IMG/VR virus record: IMGVR_UViG_3300011436_000001
Location: 1 to 61,111 of that record
Reading direction: 5' to 3' (one strand)
Source of the DNA: a virus
Taxonomy: Duplodnaviria > Caudoviricetes
DNA length: 61,111 nucleotides
Shown: one piece after another, positions 19,508 to 28,299 of the stretch
Position numbering within the stretch: the first letter of the stretch is position 1
Layout of the letters: each line of letters starts with the position of its first letter
Notes under the pieces: generated by a model
Told to the model about the DNA's origin: nothing
The model's database searches: none
The model's input: the letters and a program-made list of their open reading frames with translations, nothing else
Program-made: the position numbers and the translations under genes

Positions 19508-22492
19508 CTACCATTCCGGTTTTGACAAGTCCTGCGCCTTGTTTCGCATGATCCGGGCCACCTCTAGCGCCGCTTCTTCGGCGTCTTTGAAGCGGTAAAC
19601 CGGAACGTTCGGGATCGGCGCGTCGCCAACACCATCGCGACTGGCGGTGATGTGAAATTGTACGTCGATGCCTTCGTTCAATATGCGCAGAGCCAGGGTG
19701 TAGTATTCATGCGGGTTGATGTTCAGATAGCTCTCGCCCTCTTTGGCAGAAAAATATTTTGTGTACAACTCAATGATCTGGCGCGCCCGATCCTTCATGG
19801 CCTCGGTAACCACACCGCCATTCAGGCTCACCTCATAGGAATTGAGCATGCAGTTATCGCGCATGATAAAATACTTTTGCAAGCGCCGCTCCGGGTACTT
19901 CTTCTGATCGATCTGCAACAGCGGATAGTTGCGATCAAACTTCCGGCGGCGCACTGGCTCATCCAGGTAACCGATGTGCGCGATATTAACGTCGGTAATG
20001 ATCATCACCGGGCCGGGGCCTTCGTTCAACGAAAGCTCGGGATGCTCATGGATCGCGCCGAAGAACCGGATCGACTTGTCTTCGAACGGGCGGCGGCGGA
20101 ATAGGCGCACCGGAACGTCCGGCGAGAATGTCGTATCGACAGCAAAGTGATGCTGCCGGATCGCCATGCCCTGCCACTGATTGTCGCGCAGATATTTCGG
20201 CAGACAGTTTCCACCAAATAGCCGCTCATCGGTATCGATCCACAGCACCCAATCCATTGACGATGCCGCCAGCGCCGCGTTGCGCGGCTCATCGAAGCCC
20301 GCTTCGCGCGGATCGGGCGCGGGAACCAAAACCGCTTCGTACTCTGCGGCGATCTCTTTGGCCTCATCGTTCATTCCGGTATCGGCGATAATAATCTCAT
20401 CGGCGACCCACTTGATGCTTTCGAGGCACCAGCGCAGCGTCAACTCGCAACCCGGTCCGCCGACGATATTGATGGACAGCGTTTGTTGCGGGCATTGAAG
20501 CTGTTGCTTCCGCTCCATGTCGATTGGCTTCAGCGGCTTGTGATCCGCTTTGTAGACAGCGGTATAGAACCCCGTCGCGTCACCGGTCACTTCATTGTAG
20601 CGATCAAGCGTCGCCTGGATGTTGGATACCTTGCCGCCAAATATCTGCGCCAGATCGGAGTACTCAAAATGCCAGAGGTGATTGCGGAAGTCGGTCCAAT
20701 TTGGCGTGCCGTATTCGGACGGGCCATAAGGGACCGTGATGTACACCGGCATCCCCGGCTTCACCAGACGTTCGACACGCTCGACCACTTTGATGGGATC
20801 GGGCAAGTGTTCCAACACTTCGGAAATCAGCGCCATGTCGAAGGTGTGTTCATGCTCGGCCCACCAAGGATCATCATCGGCTGGCAAGTTCAAGAACGTC
20901 AGCTTGCTGGCGTCCTTCACGGCCATGCCTGCGTAGTCTTTGCTCCACTCGACCGCGCCGGGATCGACATCGAGGCCGGTCCAAGTCCGACCCAGCTTGT
21001 TGTGCCAGTACACCGCACCCCAGCCGTGCCCGCATCCGTAGTCGAGAATGTTTTCGAGTTGCGGGTTCTTTTCCAGGTACTCTTCGATGACCTTAAAGCG
21101 AACCTCATCGGTCTGATGCGCGTAAGCGGACCACAGCACCAATGGCTGCGCCCGCAAGCGCTTCGTCGTTTCCTCGCCGTGGCTGCGGTAGTGAGCCGCC
21201 AGGGTTTCTTGCGTGTCGGCGAAGCTGTAGTTTTTCTCGATGCGTTCCACCAGTCGCTTTGCGGAAGGCGGTGCCGCGCCGCCGGGCTCTGCTGCCAAAG
21301 CTTGCCGGGCCGCGCCTATATCGGAGTTGCGGTAGAAATGGTAGGCCCGCCGCACAGGATCGCTGTTGCGCGCGCTCATCAGCCGCTCGATATTGCCTTC
21401 CCATTCTTCAGCGCGCTGTGACCAGAGCATCTTTTCCGCTGCCTTGCGCCCGGCAATTGATGCTTCCATGTACGCAGTTTCATCGTTGACGTAGTGCAGC
21501 ACCTTGGCCACGAAAGCGTCGCGGTATTCATCGGACATCGGATCGCCGTCAATCAACGCACCCGCGCCCGGTGCTAACGTTTCAGACAGCGCCCCGCGAT
21601 TGCTGCTGACGATGGGCATACCGGCGGCCTGCGCTTCCATCAAGCTGATGCAACTGACTTCGGCGAAACTCGGCAAGATCGGTGACGGCGTGGGGTACAC
21701 ATAGATGCCAGAATGCGTGTAGTCGGTGTAGAGGCTGCGCTTGTCCTTGTAGCCTTCGAACATGATGCGGTTGCCGTACTTCGCGCACTCCTGCGACATC
21801 TCATTGTAAAACTGCTGAAAATGTTCGACGGGGTTATAGTAGCCAAACAGGCTGACATGGATTTCAGGATCGGCGGCGAACAGCGGCGGCAGAATGCGCT
21901 TCACCAGGACATCCATGCCGCGCTCGGGCCGCGCGGAAAACACCAGCCGCTTGCGGTCACGGCGCTTGGCCTTCTCGTAAGGGACTTTACGAAAGGACGG
22001 CGGAAAATCATCGAGCGTGATACCGTTGCGCCCAAGAAAGAAGTACTCATCCTTCATCTCATAGACGCGCTTGTACTGTTCCTTCATCCAGTCCGACACG
22101 ACGGCGCAGGCGTCGATGTTCCATGACGATGCGCGAAACTGGCCAAACATCCGCGCCATGCCCAGATCGTGGCACCAAAGAATGTGCAGCTTCGACGCGA
22201 TCCGATGCGAGAAAAATTCGGGCATGCGCTGAATGATCGATACATCGTGCGGGATGTTGTCGAAAAAACTCTGCGATGCCTGGATCGGGAAATATTGAAC
22301 GTCATCCCAAGTTCCAGCCCGATTGTCGGGAAGGTTGGCGAACATGCGGACCGTGTGGCCGCGTGCAGCAAGCTCCCGCGCCAGAGCCCAGCCTGCCGTC
22401 TCTGATCCGCCAAGCGATGCTTTGTGTGGCGTGTCGCCGTTGAACGGCATGCCGGGGACCATGAACGCGATGTGCAAATTGTTTTTGGACAT
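19508..22492 (-). CDS. Multidomain glycosyltransferase: GT4 (GT-B) + class I SAM methyltransferase + GT2 (GT-A)
   Basis: LGGSET, SARPERG, E.SCIS.MEAQAAG.P (GT4); ILDYGCG.G and SEVLEH (MTase); IIIADTG, W.LWIDTDE, IHE and HIGY (GT2); start reassigned to MSKNNL. Confidence 0.88.
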   Translation of the reverse strand: MSKNNLHIAFMVPGMPFNGDTPHKASLGGSETAGWALARELAARGHTVRMFANLPDNRAGTWDDVQYFPIQASQSFFDNIPHDVSIIQRMPEFFSHRIASKLHILWCHDLGMARMFGQFRASSWNIDACAVVSDWMKEQYKRVYEMKDEYFFLGRNGITLDDFPPSFRKVPYEKAKRRDRKRLVFSARPERGMDVLVKRILPPLFAADPEIHVSLFGYYNPVEHFQQFYNEMSQECAKYGNRIMFEGYKDKRSLYTDYTHSGIYVYPTPSPILPSFAEVSCISLMEAQAAGMPIVSSNRGALSETLAPGAGALIDGDPMSDEYRDAFVAKVLHYVNDETAYMEASIAGRKAAEKMLWSQRAEEWEGNIERLMSARNSDPVRRAYHFYRNSDIGAARQALAAEPGGAAPPSAKRLVERIEKNYSFADTQETLAAHYRSHGEETTKRLRAQPLVLWSAYAHQTDEVRFKVIEEYLEKNPQLENILDYGCGHGWGAVYWHNKLGRTWTGLDVDPGAVEWSKDYAGMAVKDASKLTFLNLPADDDPWWAEHEHTFDMALISEVLEHLPDPIKVVERVERLVKPGMPVYITVPYGPSEYGTPNWTDFRNHLWHFEYSDLAQIFGGKVSNIQATLDRYNEVTGDATGFYTAVYKADHKPLKPIDMERKQQLQCPQQTLSINIVGGPGCELTLRWCLESIKWVADEIIIADTGMNDEAKEIAAEYEAVLVPAPDPREAGFDEPRNAALAASSMDWVLWIDTDERLFGGNCLPKYLRDNQWQGMAIRQHHFAVDTTFSPDVPVRLFRRRPFEDKSIRFFGAIHEHPELSLNEGPGPVMIITDVNIAHIGYLDEPVRRRKFDRNYPLLQIDQKKYPERRLQKYFIMRDNCMLNSYEVSLNGGVVTEAMKDRARQIIELYTKYFSAKEGESYLNINPHEYYTLALRILNEGIDVQFHITASRDGVGDAPIPNVPVYRFKDAEEAALEVARIMRNKAQDLSKPEW

Positions 22493-22553
22493 TGACCACC
22501 TGATGATTGAGTACAATGCCCTTCTAGCAATTGCTTGGCCCAACTTGAAACAA

Positions 22554-22580
22554 GAAAAAGCCGCCCGGTTAGGGGCGGCT
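22554..22580 (-). terminator. Rho-independent terminator after the head genes
   Basis: AGCCGCCC-loop-GGGCGGC followed by UUUUUCUU. Confidence 0.7.
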
Positions 22581-22613
22581 AGTAGCCGTTGATTGGAGGC
22601 AGGCGTGTGTGGG

Positions 22614-22949
22614 TCAACGGCGAGTGAAAAGCTGGAAAGTCACGGGAGCGGTCACGGCATTGGCCAGTTTCAACCGAATGAACGGGAACCCGGCCACCAA
22701 GGCTGTCAGATTGACGCCTGTGTTGCCTGAGCCGACCGGCGCAGCAAAGAGCCCTTGGCTGTTAACGGCTGTCAGCGGGAAGAAATTGGCGCTTGTCGTG
22801 TCAAAGGACGCCTCGACGGCCAGGGTCGTTGCGACACCCAGGAGCGGCATGTAGACGGCCACATTGTCCGCGTCCTTGATATTGGCGGGCGACGTGATGA
22901 CCGTGCCGCTGTTGACCGTCAATGATTGAACAGAGAATGCGCTGGTCAT
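22614..22949 (-). CDS. Putative virion structural protein
   Basis: 111 aa, beta-rich, in head module, with RBS. Confidence 0.55.
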   Translation of the reverse strand: MTSAFSVQSLTVNSGTVITSPANIKDADNVAVYMPLLGVATTLAVEASFDTTSANFFPLTAVNSQGLFAAPVGSGNTGVNLTALVAGFPFIRLKLANAVTAPVTFQLFTRR

Positions 22950-22965
22950 GGTTTGCCTCTTGATG

Positions 22966-23006
22966 GAAAACGGGCCGGAGGGAGGAAAATCTCCGGCCCG
23001 CTTTTC
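22966..23006. terminator. Hairpin terminator, possibly bidirectional
   Basis: GAAAA CGGGCCGGAG...CTCCGGCCCG CTTTTC. Confidence 0.6.
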
Positions 23007-23022
23007 CCCTAGTCCCCCGAAC

Positions 23023-23355
23023 CTACTTCATGCCGGTGCGAACGATCTCCCATGACACGATATCGGACCATGCCACGGCGGTCCCGGTCGGGCGCGCCAG
23101 CGCGAAGCTGACACCGGACACGATGCTGTTGACGACTACGCCGCCGCCGGAATTTGCGCCAAGTGCGGTGCTGCCGACGATGCTGGCCAGCCGGAACATG
23201 CTGTTCGAATTGATGACACCTGTGCTGACGGTGACCGACGCGGAACCGGAGCCCAGCGTCGTGCGCCCGCAGAAGGCGCGGCCATCGGTATAGATGCGAT
23301 TGAAATCCGGCCCCTGCCGAAGCATGCCTTCTTCAACGCGACGCGGACTTGCCAT
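23023..23355 (-). CDS. Putative virion structural protein
   Basis: 110 aa, Ser/Gly/Thr-rich beta protein in head module. Confidence 0.55.
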   Translation of the reverse strand: MASPRRVEEGMLRQGPDFNRIYTDGRAFCGRTTLGSGSASVTVSTGVINSNSMFRLASIVGSTALGANSGGGVVVNSIVSGVSFALARPTGTAVAWSDIVSWEIVRTGMK

Positions 23356-23372
23356 GATCTAATCCTTTCTGG

Positions 23373-23672
23373 TTATGCGCGCCGAATGACACCGCGCGCG
23401 ACCTTGCCCTGCGCCTTGGCCGGGGCCTTAGCTGGGGAGGCCGCGTGCGCCGTCGCTACGGCGGCTTGGGCTGTTGCTTTCTTGCGGTGCGTAACCGCTT
23501 CGGCAACAAGCGCGGCAGTGGCATCAGGCGACGCGGTGATCTCATCCAGGCTTAGGCCAAGTCCTTTGGCCAGCCCTTCCCACGTTGACTTTGGCCAGTC
23601 CCGCTTAGCACCAGCACGGTATTTCACATCGCCGTGCTGGTTGCGTATATCAGTCGTGAAAACCCGCTCCAT
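23373..23672 (-). CDS. Hypothetical protein downstream of the major capsid gene
   Basis: 99 aa with Ala/Lys-rich tail. Confidence 0.55.
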   Translation of the reverse strand: MERVFTTDIRNQHGDVKYRAGAKRDWPKSTWEGLAKGLGLSLDEITASPDATAALVAEAVTHRKKATAQAAVATAHAASPAKAPAKAQGKVARGVIRRA

Positions 23673-23683
23673 CAGACACCGCC

Positions 23684-24661
23684 TTACGCGACGGTGTTTT
23701 GGATGCAGTAGGCCAACTCGCGCGCCACGATCTTCTCAGTCTGGAAATGCTCCGACTGGATGATCTCGACGTTCTTCGTACCCGGACCGGCATCGCGCCG
23801 CGAACTCGCGACCAGCGGAGCCGGGAAGCCTTCGGGACGCCACTGGAAACGCAGACCGAAGGTCCGGGTTTCCATGCCGCCCGCGCCGGGCTGAACGTAG
23901 GCCAGGAGCACATTGTGCCCCCAGATGTTGGTCATCGAAGTCGTGCCACCTTCGAGCGAGTTTTCGCGAACGGAACGGCCAACCAGGATGCGGTTGACGC
24001 CGAAGACCGTCGCAAGCTGTTCGGGGTTCAGCATGCCGCCCTGTGTGTATTTGTACATATCGAGCAGGTCGGGATGGCGGCGCACGATCATCATGGTGTC
24101 GTGATCAACGCACATAGTGTTGGCGATGAGGCCAGTGCGCTGCTGAACGAAAGCATGCGCCGTGGTCACGTCGGCGATGGGGTCGCTGTTGACGAAATCG
24201 TGCCACATCTGGCCGCCGGAAAGCACCACACCGGAGCCAATGTTGGAAATCGATGTCACCAGATTGGCGATGCGGATTTCCTGCGCCCGGATCAGATCGC
24301 CGGTCACCAGTCGCGTGGCGTTGGCGCGGAGATTGAACGCATTGTCGGCGTTCGCCAAGTCTTCCAGCGCGATGTCGGTCGCCAGCGCGTAGTTGTCGGC
24401 GAAATAGCTGTCAGACGACACGCTGAACTCGACACGCCGGGCCTGCGTACGCGGGGCGCGCAGGGCATCGACATTGCGAAGGAAGTCCGCCTTGTCGATG
24501 ATGGCGTAGCGGTCTGACTGCTTGGCCACGGGAACCGCCGGGAGAAGCTGATCGCCGATCAGCCCATCCACACCGGTATCGAAGGCCATCAGCGAAATGT
24601 TGGTCAAGAGCGCGTCGTGATGCGCATCCGCCCCGCTGGCCGTTGCGTAGGTGCGATACAT
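23684..24661 (-). CDS. Major capsid protein
   Basis: D..LTNIS, P.VPV.KQSDRY, E.RIA.L, W.D..NSDPI.D and IWG motifs; follows protease and decoration genes. Confidence 0.88.
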   Translation of the reverse strand: MYRTYATASGADAHHDALLTNISLMAFDTGVDGLIGDQLLPAVPVAKQSDRYAIIDKADFLRNVDALRAPRTQARRVEFSVSSDSYFADNYALATDIALEDLANADNAFNLRANATRLVTGDLIRAQEIRIANLVTSISNIGSGVVLSGGQMWHDFVNSDPIADVTTAHAFVQQRTGLIANTMCVDHDTMMIVRRHPDLLDMYKYTQGGMLNPEQLATVFGVNRILVGRSVRENSLEGGTTSMTNIWGHNVLLAYVQPGAGGMETRTFGLRFQWRPEGFPAPLVASSRRDAGPGTKNVEIIQSEHFQTEKIVARELAYCIQNTVA

Positions 24662-24688
24662 GATTGTTTCTCCTATTCCGCCGCTGCG

Positions 24689-25069
24689 TTAGTAGGTCAC
24701 ACGGACAGCCGGAGTGCGCAGCAGCACCCGAATGACTTCGCCGCTGTTGCCAGCCTCCATCGCCATGCCCACGGTCCAATCGCCGGAGCTTGCGTTGATC
24801 GCGCGGCCCGATGCGTTCGCGGTCACCATGACGTTGGCGGTGACTGCGGAGCCGCACACGACTTTGCTCTCGCCGAAGACGGTGACGGCGGCGGCCTGAT
24901 TGACGTTCGGCTTGTTCTGCAACACGCCGCCGATAAGCTGCTGCGTGGTGCTGCCGGACGACACCGCGACGGTGCCCGCCGCGTTCAGCCGCATGATGTG
25001 GTACTGCCGTGCGCGCATGTCTTCGGCGGCGCTGAAGGTCAACTGGATGTCGTTGGAATAAAGGGCCAT
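24689..25069 (-). CDS. Capsid decoration / cement protein
   Basis: GVLQNKP, G.S.V..G and G.A.EA...GEVIRVLL pattern; lies between protease and capsid genes. Confidence 0.75.
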   Translation of the reverse strand: MALYSNDIQLTFSAAEDMRARQYHIMRLNAAGTVAVSSGSTTQQLIGGVLQNKPNVNQAAAVTVFGESKVVCGSAVTANVMVTANASGRAINASSGDWTVGMAMEAGNSGEVIRVLLRTPAVRVTY

Positions 25070-25100
25070 TGCGTTTCTCCTATGCGATCATGCCGCCGGA

Positions 25101-26708
25101 TTAGTGGCGCGCCTGCCCCGATGTGTAGCTTGCGTACTCGACCGCAAGATCACGATCATCGGTCAGAACCTTGTTGACGGCCTTGGCGAAATCCTTCTCG
25201 CCAGCCTTCTGCATGTGCTCGCGCGCCAGCCGCTCCACCCGGATGTCCACACGCTCGTCGCCGCCGCCTTCGCCACGGCGATGCTCGCCGTTGCTGATCG
25301 GCGTGAATAGCTTGGCCGCGCTGGAATTGATCGAGGCGATAAGCTCCTCGACCAGGGCCTCGCCGGACTTCTCAACTTCCTTGCCGTCGGTCGCCTGGAA
25401 TTTGACAGTCTTCGGCGCGATGGAGGCGATCTCGAAGAGGCCGCGCAGTACATCGCGGAAAGCGGGCACGTTGCACTTGGCGACGCGCTCGTTGATTGAC
25501 GTGACGCGCTTCTCCTGCGTCAGTGTGGTGACCGACGCCGTGAGCGTCTTCACCTGTTCCTGCAACGCCGTCATTTCGAGGGCGCGAACCTCATTCGCCT
25601 TCAGCAACTCGGCGCGGGCTGTGACCAACTCTGCGGTCAGAGCGGCCAGCTTTTCCTTGTCGCCCGACGCCTCAGCCAGCTTGCCTTCAAGCTCGGCGAT
25701 CTTGTCGGTCAACTTCTTGATCTCTTCCATTTGCCACTCCATTGGCTGGTGGTTGTACACATGAACACCAGCCGATTTGAGGTTGGTATTCACCACAGTA
25801 CGCAACGGCGCTAGGTGCGAAACAGCGGGAGTTTCACTCCCCAAAAGTGCGACTGCCTTCAGCACTCGGCGGAACGTTTTGCTGTCGCGTTCCAGGTTCC
25901 AGTAAATCTCACTTGATACGGTGTCGAACGCGCGGGACTTAATCAAGCGATAAATTTCACCGGGTACATCCTTAAAATCGGCGAGGAGCTTCTTGCCCTT
26001 CACATACACGCGCTGCACCCAACCATAGGCGCGCTCGCCGATCTTGTCGGAATGCCCGAGTTTCAACGGCGGCTGAAAGCCAACGGCGTCGAAAGCAGCA
26101 ACCATATCGGTCAAATCGGCTTCATCGTACTCATCGCCGTTCCACTTGCCGCAAGCGAAGATTTCGACGCCCTGGATGTCGTACAGCTTGTCATCCTCAT
26201 CGTCATCGTCGTCATCGTCGTCATCGTCATCGGCTTCCATGCCGGGCTTCACGCCCTTCTTCGGCTTTTTGCCATCGCCTTCTGCGTAGCTACGCGGCGT
26301 CGTTTTGCCCTGCGATGTAATGGTGTGGAAGCTGGCTTTGTCGAAGTCGGCGGGATCGCGCTGGCGGAAATACAGCTTGCCGTCGCGCTCATCGATGCGG
26401 TTGGTTTTCATTTCGTGGTCGGTCAGCCAAGCGACGGCCTCTTCTTCAGACCAGATCGCTTTGTCGAAGGCCACGGTCGAAATGTCGGTCGCGTTGCGGC
26501 CACGCAAGCGGCCCACAACAACCTGAATGCCCTTTTCGGCGTACTTCATCAGCGCATCATGGATCGTGTTGTCCTTCTGCGCCGTTTTCATTTCGCCGGG
26601 ATAGGACTTTCCATCGAGGAAGCAAATGTGCATGTACTGCCCGTCACCCATTGACTTGGTGCGGATACGCCCACCATTCGCTTCACACTGATCGAAACCT
26701 TCGGGCAC
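25101..26708 (-). CDS. Capsid maturation protease / scaffold (Mu gpI-like) with N-terminal extensions
   Basis: PLKLGH, AYGWV, VSSEI and LKAVALLG...PAV motifs; C-terminal coiled-coil scaffold; probable GTG start at 26708; internal Asp tract. Confidence 0.82.
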   Translation of the reverse strand: MPEGFDQCEANGGRIRTKSMGDGQYMHICFLDGKSYPGEMKTAQKDNTIHDALMKYAEKGIQVVVGRLRGRNATDISTVAFDKAIWSEEEAVAWLTDHEMKTNRIDERDGKLYFRQRDPADFDKASFHTITSQGKTTPRSYAEGDGKKPKKGVKPGMEADDDDDDDDDDDEDDKLYDIQGVEIFACGKWNGDEYDEADLTDMVAAFDAVGFQPPLKLGHSDKIGERAYGWVQRVYVKGKKLLADFKDVPGEIYRLIKSRAFDTVSSEIYWNLERDSKTFRRVLKAVALLGSETPAVSHLAPLRTVVNTNLKSAGVHVYNHQPMEWQMEEIKKLTDKIAELEGKLAEASGDKEKLAALTAELVTARAELLKANEVRALEMTALQEQVKTLTASVTTLTQEKRVTSINERVAKCNVPAFRDVLRGLFEIASIAPKTVKFQATDGKEVEKSGEALVEELIASINSSAAKLFTPISNGEHRRGEGGGDERVDIRVERLAREHMQKAGEKDFAKAVNKVLTDDRDLAVEYASYTSGQARH

Positions 26709-26819
26709 CAATTTCCCCATGTACAAAAAAAGCGCATCGACAGCGAAAGCGGACGTGCCGCCCCAGCGCTCGATGCGCGATAGGTGTACAGCATATTGAC
26801 CGGCCCGGACCGGTGTCAA

Positions 26820-27218
26820 CTACTGAAAATTGGTTGGGGGATGCCGTTCGATGTGTACAACTACCGGCGGTTTTTCGCCGTGTATTGTTTCATAAAGCAC
26901 AGCATCGCGGATTTGCGGCGCGAAGTACCCTAGTGTGGCGCTGATGGCCACAGCAGCGATAAAATATTTGAAGACCTTAATGAACAAAAGCGCCGCAGCA
27001 GGCCCCTCGTTTAAGGCGTCCTGAAACCGCTCTTGCTCATACAGCGCATCGACTTGATGCCAATTAAAGCTGCGCAATTGCCCTGGTTTACATTTCCAGC
27101 ACATGACAAATATATGGGGATCGTCGGGGAAAGTGCCAGGAGCGGATGGGGGTTGCAACGCATGAACCGGTCGAGGTTCGGAGCAGGGGGCTCCCGCGTG
27201 GCTCATCGCCCCTGGCAT
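26820..27218 (-). CDS. Hypothetical membrane protein
   Basis: One TM segment; TATATT-like box just upstream. Confidence 0.5.
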   Translation of the reverse strand: MPGAMSHAGAPCSEPRPVHALQPPSAPGTFPDDPHIFVMCWKCKPGQLRSFNWHQVDALYEQERFQDALNEGPAAALLFIKVFKYFIAAVAISATLGYFAPQIRDAVLYETIHGEKPPVVVHIERHPPTNFQ

Positions 27219-27239
27219 CCATAATATACAATTCAGCTT

Positions 27240-27554
27240 TTACACTGCGCCCCATTTTGCTGGCACGACTTCCAAGGTGAAGCTGCGCACCGCCAGCCGC
27301 CCGAAATTTGTGTAAGCATACCCAGCAACTTCAGCGACTTGCTTCACTGTGCCGCCGCCGATGTAAAACAGGACCGCGCTGCCGGTGAAGCTCACCGATG
27401 ACACAGCCAAATTGCTGCCGGACGGGACAACGACAACCTGCGCCGACGTGATCGCCTCGCCCGATGACAGATAGGGATTATTTGTCCGCGCGTACTCGAA
27501 TGACAGCAACTCGACATCGGTCGCTGTTTTGGTGATCCGGGGAGGGGTTCCCAT
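27240..27554 (-). CDS. Putative fibre adaptor protein
   Basis: L..GE.I.S....., GGT and T..GR...RSF.L.V pattern, as seen in small phage virion adaptors. Confidence 0.55.
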   Translation of the reverse strand: MGTPPRITKTATDVELLSFEYARTNNPYLSSGEAITSAQVVVVPSGSNLAVSSVSFTGSAVLFYIGGGTVKQVAEVAGYAYTNFGRLAVRSFTLEVVPAKWGAV

Positions 27555-27562
27555 TACTCACC

Positions 27563-27856
27563 TCAATTGAGCGTCTTGATGTCCAGTTGTACATCATGGA
27601 CTTCGATCTGATGATCATCGATCCTCTTCGGGCGCTGCGAAGCGATCACCGCCGGTTCGGTCATCTTCAGCGGCGTGCTGTCAATCTTCACTACCGGGTT
27701 CAGCGCCGCCGACACGTTCAGCACTTGCTTCCCCGCCAGCGTCAGACCGCCACGCTTCAACGCCGTTTGCGCGATCTCCAGCGCTTCCTTTGCGCTGTTT
27801 GCTTGTACGTCGATGAGCCCAGCGACAGTGAGCGAAAGCCGGTAAATGTCTTCCAT
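27563..27856 (-). CDS. Hypothetical protein
   Basis: ORF with RBS inside the structural cluster. Confidence 0.5.
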   Translation of the reverse strand: MEDIYRLSLTVAGLIDVQANSAKEALEIAQTALKRGGLTLAGKQVLNVSAALNPVVKIDSTPLKMTEPAVIASQRPKRIDDHQIEVHDVQLDIKTLN

Positions 27857-27891
27857 TGATCAGCCCTTTCTTTTTCACACCGCACCCCCGA

Positions 27892-28299
27892 TTAAGTCGG
27901 GTCGCGGACTTCCAAATTAAAGGCGGAAGTTTGGGCCGTGTTGCCCGCCGTCACCGCCTGCGACGTGACCGTGGTCACCAATAGCAGAGCGGACCGGGTA
28001 TTTGAAACAATGGCCAGATGGTTGGCGTTCGCCGTCTCCGAAAGCGTGATGGAGGTTTGCGCGGCGACGTTCAACCGACGGCCCGAGGTAAGGCCGGTCG
28101 TGGTGTTGTACGTCGCGCCATTGTTGGAAAGGGTCAAGGTCTTTTCACCCAGCGCCACGCCCGAGGTGTTCTGCGTCACCGTCAAGACGGCTTCGGCGTA
28201 GTTGATCGGGGCCACACGGCACAGCGTCATGCGAATGCCGAAGTTGGCGATATGCAGCAGATGATCCTCATACGCCGAGGTTACGATTGTCTTTGTCAT
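27892..28299 (-). CDS. Putative virion structural protein
   Basis: Thr-rich, ends ..Q.VTAGNT....F.LE.RDP; coupled to the repeat protein. Confidence 0.6.
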   Translation of the reverse strand: MTKTIVTSAYEDHLLHIANFGIRMTLCRVAPINYAEAVLTVTQNTSGVALGEKTLTLSNNGATYNTTTGLTSGRRLNVAAQTSITLSETANANHLAIVSNTRSALLLVTTVTSQAVTAGNTAQTSAFNLEVRDPT

